A DNA stretch of 64,000 bases from Candidatus Latescibacterota bacterium (lineage in GTDB: Bacteria > Latescibacterota > UBA2968 > UBA8231): positions 1,536,001 to 1,600,000 of the forward strand of contig OZ242214.1 in the NCBI GenBank assembly GCA_965206595.1. Reading direction: 5' to 3'. How positions within the stretch are numbered: position 1 is the first letter of the stretch; the number at the start of each line of letters is the position of its first letter. The translations under genes and the position numbers were made by a program. The notes beneath the pieces were generated by a model, which was given only the letters and a program-made list of their open reading frames with translations, searched no databases and was not told the origin of the DNA. Shown one piece after another: positions 10,271 to 19,674 of the stretch.

Positions 10271-10872
10271 ACAACTACCCAGCCGAAAACACCGCCAGTG
10301 GCTCGCGGTTCGGGAACCGCAGATCGGCCCGGGCGTCGAATGCGGGATCGCGCAGGGAATTCCGGCAGATCGGCCGTGCGACCATGGCGGTTGTCGCCGC
10401 GACCTGCGCGATCTGGACCGCCTGTTCGCGGGATACCCCGGAACAGGCGATGGCCGCCGCCGAAGCCACGGCGCAGGCCGCGGCGACGGACAGCACTTCG
10501 CTGAACGTGGCGGCCGCGCGGTTCGGCGATTTTCTCGAACGTTATCCGCGGCACGAGTCCGCTCCGAAAGCACTTCGAATGCTGGCAATGATCATCCAGC
10601 AGCAGGGGGATATGCGTGGCGCGATCGGACATTACGAACGGCTGCTCGAGGAGTACGCCAGCAGCGAGTACGCCGACGACGCCCAGTTCATGATCGGGTT
10701 CATCTCCGAGGAGTACCTCGAGGAATACGCGCGCGCCCGTGAGTCATATCGATTGGTGATCGACCGTTATCCCGATTCGGAACTGGCAGCCAGCGCCCGG
10801 CGGCTGTTGCCCAACGTTGGCAAGGCACCCGAGGAATGGGTCAAATTCCAGGAAGGGACAAGCTCGCGGTAA
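10267..10872 (+). CDS. TPR lipoprotein (BamD/CpoB-like)
   Basis: Lipobox-like WTAC, repeated TPR motifs (FLERYP, YASSEYADDAQF, YPDSELA); true start may be 10384. Confidence 0.7.
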   Translation: MNNYPAENTASGSRFGNRRSARASNAGSRREFRQIGRATMAVVAATCAIWTACSRDTPEQAMAAAEATAQAAATDSTSLNVAAARFGDFLERYPRHESAPKALRMLAMIIQQQGDMRGAIGHYERLLEEYASSEYADDAQFMIGFISEEYLEEYARARESYRLVIDRYPDSELAASARRLLPNVGKAPEEWVKFQEGTSSR

Positions 10873-11040
10873 GCCGCCTCCCGTTCCACCGTTTTATAAC
10901 CGATGACCGAGGCAGTTCCTCTCACCCTCCGAACCGGAGATCCTCCCACTAAGCCCGGACCGGGCAACCTGCAGGGCTGCAAAATAGCTAGGTGTGGCGT
11001 TGCCCCCCCGGGGGCATTCGCCGGGGGCAGACAGGTTTCC

Positions 11041-12036
11041 GTGACGACCGATACCGACATACAGGCCATAACGGAACGCGTCCATAGGGACTCCCAGGCG
11101 GTCGATCTCATCCTGCAACAGATGGACCGTGTGGTCGTCGGCCAGCGGCACATGGTGGAGCGCCTCGTCATCGGCCTGCTGTGTAACGGCCATGTCCTGC
11201 TGGAGGGCGTCCCGGGACTGGCCAAGACACTGACGGTGAGCACCCTTTCCAGGATAATCGGCGGCGAGTTCAAACGGCTCCAGTTCACCCCCGACCTGCT
11301 TCCCGCCGATCTGACGGGCACGCTCATCTTCGATCAGGTCTCGGGTACCTTCCGGCCGAAGAAGGGCCCGATATTCGCCAACCTCGTGCTCGCAGACGAA
11401 GTCAACCGGGCACCGGCGAAGGTGCAGAGCGCCCTCCTCGAGTCGATGCAGGAACGCCAGGTGACGATCGGGGACGAAACCTACCCCCTGGACGACCCGT
11501 TTCTGGTGATGGCGACGCAAAACCCGATCGAGCAGGAAGGGACCTACCCGCTCCCCGAGGCGCAGATCGACCGTTTCATGCTCAAGGTCAAGGTCGGGTA
11601 TCCGTCGCGGGAGGAAGAGCGCTCCATTCTCGACCGCATGGCCGAGGACGGCGACATCGAGGTCGAGGCGGCGGTTTCACTCGACGACATACGCACGCTC
11701 CGCAACTCGGTGCGCCTTGTGTATGTCGATGACAAGATCAAGGACTATGCCGTCGACCTCGTGCACGCGACTCGCAATCCCGCTGGGGCGGAAATGTCCG
11801 AGCTCGCCGCTCTCATCGAATACGGTTCCTCTCCCAGGGCGACGATTTTTTTGGTGCGGGCTGCCCGGGCCCACGCCTTCATCCGCAAGCGGGGGTACGT
11901 AACCCCGGAAGACGTCAAGGCGGTCGGCGCCGACGTGCTGCGCCATCGCATCGCCGTCAGCTACGAAGCAGAGGCCGAGGAGATCGACTCCGAGGAGATC
12001 GTCAGGCGGTTGTTCGACGGCGTCGAGGTTCCGTGA
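11041..12036 (+). CDS. MoxR-family AAA+ ATPase
   Basis: GHVLLEGVPGLAKT, RLQFTPDLLPAD, LADEVNRAPAKVQSALLE, ATQNPIEQEGTYPLPEAQIDRF. Confidence 0.95.
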   Translation: MTTDTDIQAITERVHRDSQAVDLILQQMDRVVVGQRHMVERLVIGLLCNGHVLLEGVPGLAKTLTVSTLSRIIGGEFKRLQFTPDLLPADLTGTLIFDQVSGTFRPKKGPIFANLVLADEVNRAPAKVQSALLESMQERQVTIGDETYPLDDPFLVMATQNPIEQEGTYPLPEAQIDRFMLKVKVGYPSREEERSILDRMAEDGDIEVEAAVSLDDIRTLRNSVRLVYVDDKIKDYAVDLVHATRNPAGAEMSELAALIEYGSSPRATIFLVRAARAHAFIRKRGYVTPEDVKAVGADVLRHRIAVSYEAEAEEIDSEEIVRRLFDGVEVP

Positions 12037-12043
12037 GGTCGAC

Positions 12044-12919
12044 TTGATACCCAAGGAAATATTCGACAAGGTCCGGCTGATCGAGATTCACACCCGCAGC
12101 GTCGTCAACAGCCTTTTCGCCGGTGAATACCACTCGGTTTTCAAGGGTCGGGGAATGGAGTTCGCCGAGGTTCGCGAGTACCATCAGGGGGACGACGTTC
12201 GCAGCATCGACTGGAACGTAACCGCCCGCGCCGGCCGGCCGTTCGTCAAGCTTTTCGACGAGGAGCGGGAACTGACGGTTCTGCTGGTGGTCGATGCCAG
12301 CGGTTCGGGCGCCTTCGGCAGTGCCGACAAGATGAAGGGGGAGATCGGCGTCGAGATTTCGGCGCTGCTCGCTTTTTCCGCAATAAAGAACAACGACCGC
12401 GTCGGGCTGCTGATTTTCACGGACGAGGTCGAGGTCTTCGTGCCGCCGAAGAAGGGGCGCCGCCACGTCCTGCGCGTGATTCGCGAGCTGCTCTACTTCG
12501 AACCGCGCGGGAGCCGGACCTCTCTCGCCACGGCGCTGGGATACCTCGACCGGGTGGTTCACCGCCGCGGGGTGATGTTCCTGATCTCCGACTTTCGCGA
12601 CAGCGGCTACGAGATGGCGCTACGGCGTTTGAGCCGCAGCCACGACACCATAGCGATCAACCTCGTCGATCCACGCGAGGCGGAGCTGCCCGACGCCGGC
12701 ATGCTTGCCTTGCACGACGCCGAAACCGGGGACCGAATTCTCGTCGACAGCGGCGACCCTCGGGTGCGCGAGGCTTTTGAGGCTGCCGAGGCCCGCGCCG
12801 CGGCCGCGCGACAACGGCTGTTCCGTAGCCTCGGTGTCGACGAAGTACGCGTAGATACGTCCGGTTCCTACATCGAGCCGCTCATCCACTTTTTCAAGGC
12901 GCGCATGAGCCGCAATTAG
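12044..12919 (+). CDS. DUF58 / VWA-like MoxR-associated protein
   Basis: GEYHSVFKGRGMEFAEVREY..GDDVRSIDWNVTAR, DASGS, ISDF. Confidence 0.93.
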   Translation: MIPKEIFDKVRLIEIHTRSVVNSLFAGEYHSVFKGRGMEFAEVREYHQGDDVRSIDWNVTARAGRPFVKLFDEERELTVLLVVDASGSGAFGSADKMKGEIGVEISALLAFSAIKNNDRVGLLIFTDEVEVFVPPKKGRRHVLRVIRELLYFEPRGSRTSLATALGYLDRVVHRRGVMFLISDFRDSGYEMALRRLSRSHDTIAINLVDPREAELPDAGMLALHDAETGDRILVDSGDPRVREAFEAAEARAAAARQRLFRSLGVDEVRVDTSGSYIEPLIHFFKARMSRN

Positions 12920-12955
12920 AAAACCTGCTGCCAGCAAGAACGGGAGGAGCAAAGG

Positions 12956-13896
12956 GTGATAGAGGTCAACGATCTGTCGAAGTACTATGGCGATGTGCCG
13001 GCCATCGACGGCGTGTCGTTCAGGGCCGACAAGGGGGAGATTCTCGGCTTTCTCGGCCCCAACGGAGCCGGAAAGACGACGACGATGCGGGTATTGACCT
13101 GCTACCTGCCACCCTCGAGCGGCAGCGCATCGGTCGACGGCCACGACGTGGTCGAAGAATCCCTCGAGGTCCGCAGCGTATCGGTTACCTCCCCGAGTTG
13201 CCACCCCTCTACAGTGATATGACGGTCAATTCCTACCTCGGCTTCGTCGCCAGGATAAAGGGGGTTCCCGGCTCCGAGATCGGCGCGCGAATGGGCGAGA
13301 CCATGGAGCGGACGGGAATCGCCCACGTCCGCGACCAGGTGATCGGCCACCTGTCCAAGGGTTACCGGCAGCGCGTCGGGCTCGCCCAGGCGCTGGTGCA
13401 CAACCCGAGCGTCCTCATTCTCGACGAGCCTACGGTTGGATTGGACCCGAAGCAGATCATCGAGATCCGCGAGACGATCAGGGGGTTGGGAGGTGATCAC
13501 ACCATCATCCTCAGCACCCACATCCTGCCCGAGGTCAGCATGACCTGCGAGAAAGTGGTGATCATCAACGCAGGCCGCATAGTCGGCGAGGGCACCCCGG
13601 AAAGCCTGATCGCCGAGTTGAAGGAAGGGGAGATGCTGCGCGCCCAGGTTGCCGGACCCGCGGATGAGATCCGCTCGGCCATAGAGGGCCTGGAGGGCGT
13701 AATCGAGGTGCGCGAGGACACGGCCGGCAGCCCCGGCGACGCCGTCTTCATCGTCACCGCGGTTCCGGGACGGGAGATCAGGGACGAGGTCGCCAAGCGG
13801 CTCGTCGACGGAGGCTACGGACTGCGCGAGCTGCGCGGGCTCGAGATGACCCTCGAGGATATTTTCCTGCGTTTGACCACCGAGGAGGAGGCTTGA
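12956..13896 (+). CDS. ABC transporter ATP-binding protein (GldA-like), split by an apparent 1-nt deletion near 13175
   Basis: GPNGAGKTT in ORF 12956..13222; [19 protein letters not shown] and LILDEPT continue in another frame. Confidence 0.88.
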
Positions 13897-14684
13897 CCAT
13901 GCGTAACCTGCTCGCCGTTTACTCCAAGGAGATGCGATCCTATTTCGTATCCCCGGTCGCCTACGTGATCGCGGGAGTGTTCCTGTTCCTGTCAGGCTAC
14001 CTGTTCCGCAATATACTGATGCAGTTCAACTGGTGGTGCCTGCAGTACAGCCAGAGGGCGCAGTACATGGACGCCAGCGGAATGCCGCCGCTCAACCTCA
14101 ACGAGATGGTGGTGACCCAGTTTTTCGCGGTCATGGACTTCATCTGGCTGCTCGTGGTGCCGATGCTGACGATGCGGCTGTTCGCCGAGGAGAAGAAGAC
14201 GGGAACGATCGAGCTGCTGATGACGTCGCCGATCTCGACGACGCAGATCCTGCTCGGCAAGTTCTTCGCCTGCTTCACCCTGTACACCTCCATCGTCGCC
14301 TTGACCCTGGTGTACTGCGGCATCCTCGAGGTGTACGGCGACCCGGACTGGGGACCGATCTGGTCGGCCTACCTGGGATACCTGCTGCTCGGGGCCACCT
14401 TCATCGGCGTCGGCATCCTGGCATCCGCGGTCACCGAAAACCAGATCGTCGCCGTGCTGCTCGCCTTCGGGGTTCTCCTACTGCTGTGGCTGATCGACTG
14501 GTCGGCGAGCTTCGCCGGTCCGACGCTGGCCAAGGTCCTGCAGTACCTGTCGATCATTCAGCATCTCCAGGACTTCCAGCGCGGCGTCATCGACACCAAG
14601 GACGTGGTCTTCTACCTCAGCTTCGTGTTCTTCACCCTTTTCGCCACGGGCCGCGTCATCGAGTCCAGGCGCTGGCGGCGGTAG
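13893..14684 (+). CDS. ABC-2 permease (GldF-like)
   Basis: KEMRSYFVSPVAYV, TMRLFAEEKKTGTIELLMTSP, GKF, ENQIVA, GVIDTKDVVFY. Confidence 0.9.
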   Translation: MTMRNLLAVYSKEMRSYFVSPVAYVIAGVFLFLSGYLFRNILMQFNWWCLQYSQRAQYMDASGMPPLNLNEMVVTQFFAVMDFIWLLVVPMLTMRLFAEEKKTGTIELLMTSPISTTQILLGKFFACFTLYTSIVALTLVYCGILEVYGDPDWGPIWSAYLGYLLLGATFIGVGILASAVTENQIVAVLLAFGVLLLLWLIDWSASFAGPTLAKVLQYLSIIQHLQDFQRGVIDTKDVVFYLSFVFFTLFATGRVIESRRWRR

Positions 14685-14752
14685 GGGGGATGAACAGTAG
14701 GGATGCACTATTTCTCACCTACCTCCGTAACATGCACAACGAGAACTGACCC

Positions 14753-17700
14753 ATGATCGAAGCGCTAGGGTTGATAACTATCTGGTTATGTCTTGGGATT
14801 GCTGCTTCTCTGATAGCCAAAAACCGAGGCGCATCCGCATTCATTCCTTTTTTGTTGGGTGTCCTTCTTGGCCCTATTGGCATACTGTGGGCATTGTCAA
14901 AAGGGAAACGGTGCCAACACTGCAAATCCAAAATTCATTCTGCAGCGACGGTGTGCCCCAAATGCGGTTCCACTCAGTTGGAGGCCCTCCCGCGACCTGC
15001 TCATCCGTTGACAGGGTCGTACACCACTCACATCAGCCTGGCCGGAGCGGCCCTCGCCCTCATGGGAGGGCTGGCGCTGGCCCTCGATCCGGAGGAAGCG
15101 GGCGTCCAGCTGGCCTGCATCGGCGCCGGGGTGCTGGTGATCGCGGTTTGCGCCGCGATCAACCCCGCCCTGTTCAAGCAGTACTCGAGCTGGCTCAACG
15201 CCCTGTGGGGGAGCATTCTGGTTCTGTTGATCGTCGTCATGGTCAACTTCGTCACCAATTCCCACCCGCAGCGGTTCGACCTCACGGCCGGCAAGCTCCA
15301 CAGCCTCTCTCCTCTCACGGTGGAGTCGCTGCAGGGGCTCGACCGCGACGTGCGCGTTCTCGCCTTCATGGAGAAGGGGGAAGACCAGAAGCTCGAGGGC
15401 CTCCTCAAGCAGTACTCGACGTACAGCAGCTCCTTCGATTTCGAGCTCGTCGATCCCGACCGCGATCCGCAGAGAACGAGCGACTACGGCATTCGCCGCT
15501 ACAACACCGTCGTGGTAGAGTCCGGCGAAAAGCAGCAGCAGGTCACCGAGCTGACCGAGAAAGAGATCACCAACGCGATGCTCAAGGTGACCCGCGATCG
15601 CCAGTCCTTCGTCTACCTCACCGTCGGCCATGGCGAGAAGGGGGTTGCCCAGACCGACCAGGGGCTCAGCAGACTTCGCGATCGCCTGCAGGAGATCGAC
15701 TACGTGCTCGAGGACTCCCTTTTCCTCGCCAGGGAAGGGGAGGTCCCGGGCGACTGCGCGGTGCTGATCATCGCCGGGCCGCAGTCCTCCTTCTTCAGCA
15801 CCGAAGCGGACGCCATCGCCCGCTACCTCGACGCCGGAGGCGCGGTCATCGCCCTCCTGGATCCCACACACGAGAGCGGACTGGAGCAGCTGTTCTCTTC
15901 GTGGGGGGTCGAGCTGGGCGACGACTTCGTCATCGACACGAGCGGAATCGGAAGCCTGTTCGGTCTCGATTTCACCATTCCCGTCGCCGTCAGCTACGAC
16001 CAGGAACATCCGCTGGTCCGCAAGCACCGCTCGGGAATCATGACCTTCTTCGAACTGGCGCGCTCGGTCCGCTTCGTCGAGACCGATGCAGTCGAGGGTG
16101 CGGAACTGGTCATGACGAGCAGCCAGAGCTGGGCTGAACGGGACCTCAGCGCCCTCCTGCCCGGGCAGGGGAAGCGCACCGTATCGCTCGACGAGGGCGT
16201 CGACCGGACCGGCCCTGTCTCCCTCGGAGTCGCTGCCATGCGGGAGGAGGGCGGCAGGCTCGTCCTTTTCGGCGATTCCGACTTTGCCAGCAACCGCTAT
16301 TTCGACCTGCAGGGAAACGGCGATCTCGTCCTCAACGCGATCAGCTGGCTGGCGGCGGACGAGGGCCTGATCTCCATCAGGCCGCGCGAGGCCGGTTTCA
16401 ACCCGATCGCGCTGACCGACAGCCAGTCGGAATGGATTTTCTGGATCGGCGTCATCCTCTATCCGCTGGCCGTTGCCCTCGTCGGTTTCTTCGTCGTCTC
16501 GAGCAAGGGCCGCTGGAGCGTGCGCGATCTCCTGGCGGCGGGTCTGGGCTTGGCGCTCTCCCTCGGTATCGTCACCTTGGTTAACGTCATCGGCGACCGC
16601 TATCACAGCCGTCTCGACGTGACCGCGGACGGGCTGTTCACGCTGTCGCCGAAGACACGGGACCTGCTGGAGCGGGCGGAACGGCAGGACCGCTTCATCT
16701 CCGTAAAGGCGTTCACCTCCGAGATGGAGTCGATGCGCTTCCGGGAATTGATGGATGAGTACAAATACGAGACGCGGAATTTCGACTACGAGATTGTCGA
16801 TCCGCAGCAGCGCTCCCTGGAGTGGAAACAGTACGGGGTAACAACCCGAGGAACCTCCCTCGTCGAGGTGTCGGGGGACGGCAAGGTGCACGGCGAACGC
16901 ATCGAGGAACAGACCGAAGAGGCGCTGAGCAACGCGATCAAGAGTGCCCTCGAAGCACGCGAGCGCCGCATCGCATTCGTCGGCGGGCACGGCGAGGGGA
17001 TGCTGACGGAAGTGGACGGAGAGGGGTTCAGCATTCTCAACGGGCGCCTGAAGGAGCTCAATCTGCAGATCGACGAGGGCGTGCGGCTGGACGGCGCCCC
17101 GATAGCGGCTCAGACTCTGGTCCTCCTCGGCCCGAAGGAGCAGTTGTCGAGCGCCGAGGCGGTGGCCTTCGAAGCCCTCCTCCGCAGGGGCAAGGACGCC
17201 GTCCTCCTGACCGACCCGGGTGTCGCCACCGGGCTCGAATCGGTGCTGGAGGGGTACGGTATCGACCTCGGGAACGATTTCGTCGTCGACCTGAGCGGTA
17301 TCGGGCAGCTTCTCGGCACCGACGTTTCGGTTCCGGTCGTACTCCAGTACGGCAACCACCCGGTGACCGGGAAGATCGGCTCCGGCACGATGAGCTTCTT
17401 CCCGTTTGCGCGCTCGGTTTCCCCGGCGCAGGGCGATCCCGCCGGATCCGAGATCACGGCGTTGGCCTACACCCACCGCAGCAGCTGGGCGGAGACCGAC
17501 CTGTCGCCGCTGGCCGGAGAGGGAGGGCAGGTCGAGTTCGATCCGGAGAGCGACCGCCAGGGGCCGCTGTCGCTGGCGGTCGCAGTCAAGTCCGACCCGG
17601 ACAGCGCCGCCACTGGGGACAAGACCCGTCTCGTGGTCTTCGGCGACTCCGACTTCGCCCGCAACCAGCACTTCGGCCAGCAGGCCAACGGCGACCTGAT

Positions 17701-18235
17701 GATAGGCGCTCTGAAATGGGTGACCGAAAGCGAGGATCGTCTCACGATCCCGCTCAAGCGTCCTGGTTCCAACCCCATCAACCTCGTCGGCAACCAGGGG
17801 GACGTGGTGCTGTGGGTCTCCGTGTTCGTGCTGCCTTTCGCGGTTGCCCTGTCGGGATTCGTCATCATGCTGCGCCGCGGCCACCAAGCCTACTCGTCCG
17901 GGTTTGTCCGCTGGCTTCTGTACTCGCACATCTCGGCCGCAACCGGCCTCTTCGGCCTGGCAACGGTGGCGATTGCGGACGGGAGCTCCTTGGCCGGGTT
18001 CGGCTACTTCATCGTGGCGGTCGGACTGGCGATGGCCGGTTACGGCCTTCACCGCAAGGAGCCCTGGTCATGGCCCGCGGCCCTGGCCCTGAGCGCAATC
18101 GTCGTCGGCGTCGGGTTCGCGGCGATTCCCCACGAGACGCTGCAGTTGGTGTCCGCCGGGTGGTGGATTGCCAATGCCTGTATCCTCGTCTGGATCAAGA
18201 GCGACTTCACTCCGAATACCGGGACGGAGAAGTAG
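14753..18235 (+). CDS. GldG-family auxiliary membrane protein with two tandem GldG modules and an N-terminal TM + zinc-ribbon segment
   Basis: Two copies of the module (RFDLT..SLSP / RLDVT..TLSP; GHGE; LGDDFVID / LGNDFVVD; RLVLFGDSDF / RLVVFGDSDF...NGDL...W); N-terminal CQHC...CPKC. Confidence 0.85.
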   Translation: MIEALGLITIWLCLGIAASLIAKNRGASAFIPFLLGVLLGPIGILWALSKGKRCQHCKSKIHSAATVCPKCGSTQLEALPRPAHPLTGSYTTHISLAGAALALMGGLALALDPEEAGVQLACIGAGVLVIAVCAAINPALFKQYSSWLNALWGSILVLLIVVMVNFVTNSHPQRFDLTAGKLHSLSPLTVESLQGLDRDVRVLAFMEKGEDQKLEGLLKQYSTYSSSFDFELVDPDRDPQRTSDYGIRRYNTVVVESGEKQQQVTELTEKEITNAMLKVTRDRQSFVYLTVGHGEKGVAQTDQGLSRLRDRLQEIDYVLEDSLFLAREGEVPGDCAVLIIAGPQSSFFSTEADAIARYLDAGGAVIALLDPTHESGLEQLFSSWGVELGDDFVIDTSGIGSLFGLDFTIPVAVSYDQEHPLVRKHRSGIMTFFELARSVRFVETDAVEGAELVMTSSQSWAERDLSALLPGQGKRTVSLDEGVDRTGPVSLGVAAMREEGGRLVLFGDSDFASNRYFDLQGNGDLVLNAISWLAADEGLISIRPREAGFNPIALTDSQSEWIFWIGVILYPLAVALVGFFVVSSKGRWSVRDLLAAGLGLALSLGIVTLVNVIGDRYHSRLDVTADGLFTLSPKTRDLLERAERQDRFISVKAFTSEMESMRFRELMDEYKYETRNFDYEIVDPQQRSLEWKQYGVTTRGTSLVEVSGDGKVHGERIEEQTEEALSNAIKSALEARERRIAFVGGHGEGMLTEVDGEGFSILNGRLKELNLQIDEGVRLDGAPIAAQTLVLLGPKEQLSSAEAVAFEALLRRGKDAVLLTDPGVATGLESVLEGYGIDLGNDFVVDLSGIGQLLGTDVSVPVVLQYGNHPVTGKIGSGTMSFFPFARSVSPAQGDPAGSEITALAYTHRSSWAETDLSPLAGEGGQVEFDPESDRQGPLSLAVAVKSDPDSAATGDKTRLVVFGDSDFARNQHFGQQANGDLMIGALKWVTESEDRLTIPLKRPGSNPINLVGNQGDVVLWVSVFVLPFAVALSGFVIMLRRGHQAYSSGFVRWLLYSHISAATGLFGLATVAIADGSSLAGFGYFIVAVGLAMAGYGLHRKEPWSWPAALALSAIVVGVGFAAIPHETLQLVSAGWWIANACILVWIKSDFTPNTGTEK

Positions 18236-18238
18236 GAA

Positions 18239-19663
18239 ATGCGGTTCAAGACCAACCTCGTCATCAGCGCCGTTTTCGCGGCCCTGCTGGCATTCGTCTA
18301 TTTCTACGAGATAAAGGGCGGGGAGGAACGCGAAGCAGCGGCGAAAAAGGCCAGGCAACTTCTCGACTTCAGTGACCACGAAGCGACGCGGATCTTCATC
18401 GACCGCGTTGACACCGCCATCTCGGTGGCCAAGACGCCGGACGGCTGGCGCCTGCTGGAGCCGGTAGCCGCCGACGCCGACCAGAAGGCGGTCGAGAGGT
18501 ATCTGCGCAACCTGCGCGAAACCGAGATCGAGCGCGTCGTCGAGGACAGCGCCGCGGCGGCAGGCAACGCGGATCTGGCCGCAAAGTACGGGCTCGAGAA
18601 GCCGAGGCTGCGGGTCCTGATCGAGCTGGCGGAAACGGTCCTCGACACCGTCGTCCTCGGGCAGGACAGTCCGACCGAACGCTACGCGTACGCGCGTCGC
18701 AGCGGTGAGAACCCCGAGATATTCACCGTGCGCGCCTGGCGCCTCGACAACCTCGACAAGGGGGTTTTCGACCTGAGGGATCGGAGAGTCCTGGCTTTCG
18801 ACAGCGACGAGGTGCGCGAGATCGGCCTGACCGGCTTCGCAACCGAAGGGGATCTCACCATCATTCGGGAGGAAGGGAGTTGGCGGCTGATGCCGGTCGA
18901 CCGGCCCGCGGACGAGTCCTCGGTGGAGGAGCTGTTGCAGGAGATTTCGAGCTCCGAGGCAGAGGCCTTCGTGAGCGAAACCCCCGGAGAGGAGGAGAAA
19001 GCGAGTCGCGGCCTTGCCGAGCCGATACTCGAGGTCTCCCTGCTGCTGGGTGAGGAGCGGGCGGAGAAGCGGCTCGTCATCGGATTGGAAGCGGAAGACA
19101 AGGGGCACCATTACGCCCTCGACCCGAGTCGAGCGCCGATTTTCCTGATCGATTCCACCCTCGTCAACGCCGTCGGCAAGAGCGCATTCGACCTGCGGGA
19201 CAAGCAGCCGGTAGCTGTGGAGGACCGCGACGCGATCGGGAAGATCGAGCTCTGGCAGGGGGGCGAGGCGGCGTTCACTGCCGAGCGCGATACGACCGGG
19301 GGCTGGAACGTCTCCGCTCCGGAGGATCGCGAGGCCAAGTCGTGGAAACTCAACAGCCTGTTGAGCGACATCGACGGCATCGAGGTCGAGGCCTTCACCG
19401 CCGATGCCGCGGAGGAAGCCGCTATCGACATCTCTCCGTACGGCCTCGAAGTTCCCGCCGTGCGCATTCAGCTCACCGACGACCTCGAAGAGAGGGTGGA
19501 AATCAGGATCGGGGAGGTCGACGGAACCGCCTATCTCATGCGCACGGGCGTGGCCTCGGTGTACCGGATCGGCTCCGATGCCCTCGATGATCTGAAGCTC
19601 GGCCTCGACGAGGTGTCGAAAGCGCCGGCCACGAGCGCAGCGGACGACACTTCTGCCGAATAG
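18239..19663 (+). CDS. DUF4340 domain-containing protein (repeated domain)
   Basis: N-terminal TM anchor, repeats YGLEKP / RGLAEP / YGLEVP and FDLRD; usual position after gldG-like genes. Confidence 0.8.
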   Translation: MRFKTNLVISAVFAALLAFVYFYEIKGGEEREAAAKKARQLLDFSDHEATRIFIDRVDTAISVAKTPDGWRLLEPVAADADQKAVERYLRNLRETEIERVVEDSAAAAGNADLAAKYGLEKPRLRVLIELAETVLDTVVLGQDSPTERYAYARRSGENPEIFTVRAWRLDNLDKGVFDLRDRRVLAFDSDEVREIGLTGFATEGDLTIIREEGSWRLMPVDRPADESSVEELLQEISSSEAEAFVSETPGEEEKASRGLAEPILEVSLLLGEERAEKRLVIGLEAEDKGHHYALDPSRAPIFLIDSTLVNAVGKSAFDLRDKQPVAVEDRDAIGKIELWQGGEAAFTAERDTTGGWNVSAPEDREAKSWKLNSLLSDIDGIEVEAFTADAAEEAAIDISPYGLEVPAVRIQLTDDLEERVEIRIGEVDGTAYLMRTGVASVYRIGSDALDDLKLGLDEVSKAPATSAADDTSAE

Positions 19664-19674
19664 AGGACGGGGGG

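Noticed and set aside
14690-15015. Integron gene cassette as the explanation for the AT-rich insert
   Set aside because: No RYYYAAC/GTTRRRY attC pair at its ends and no integrase in the window
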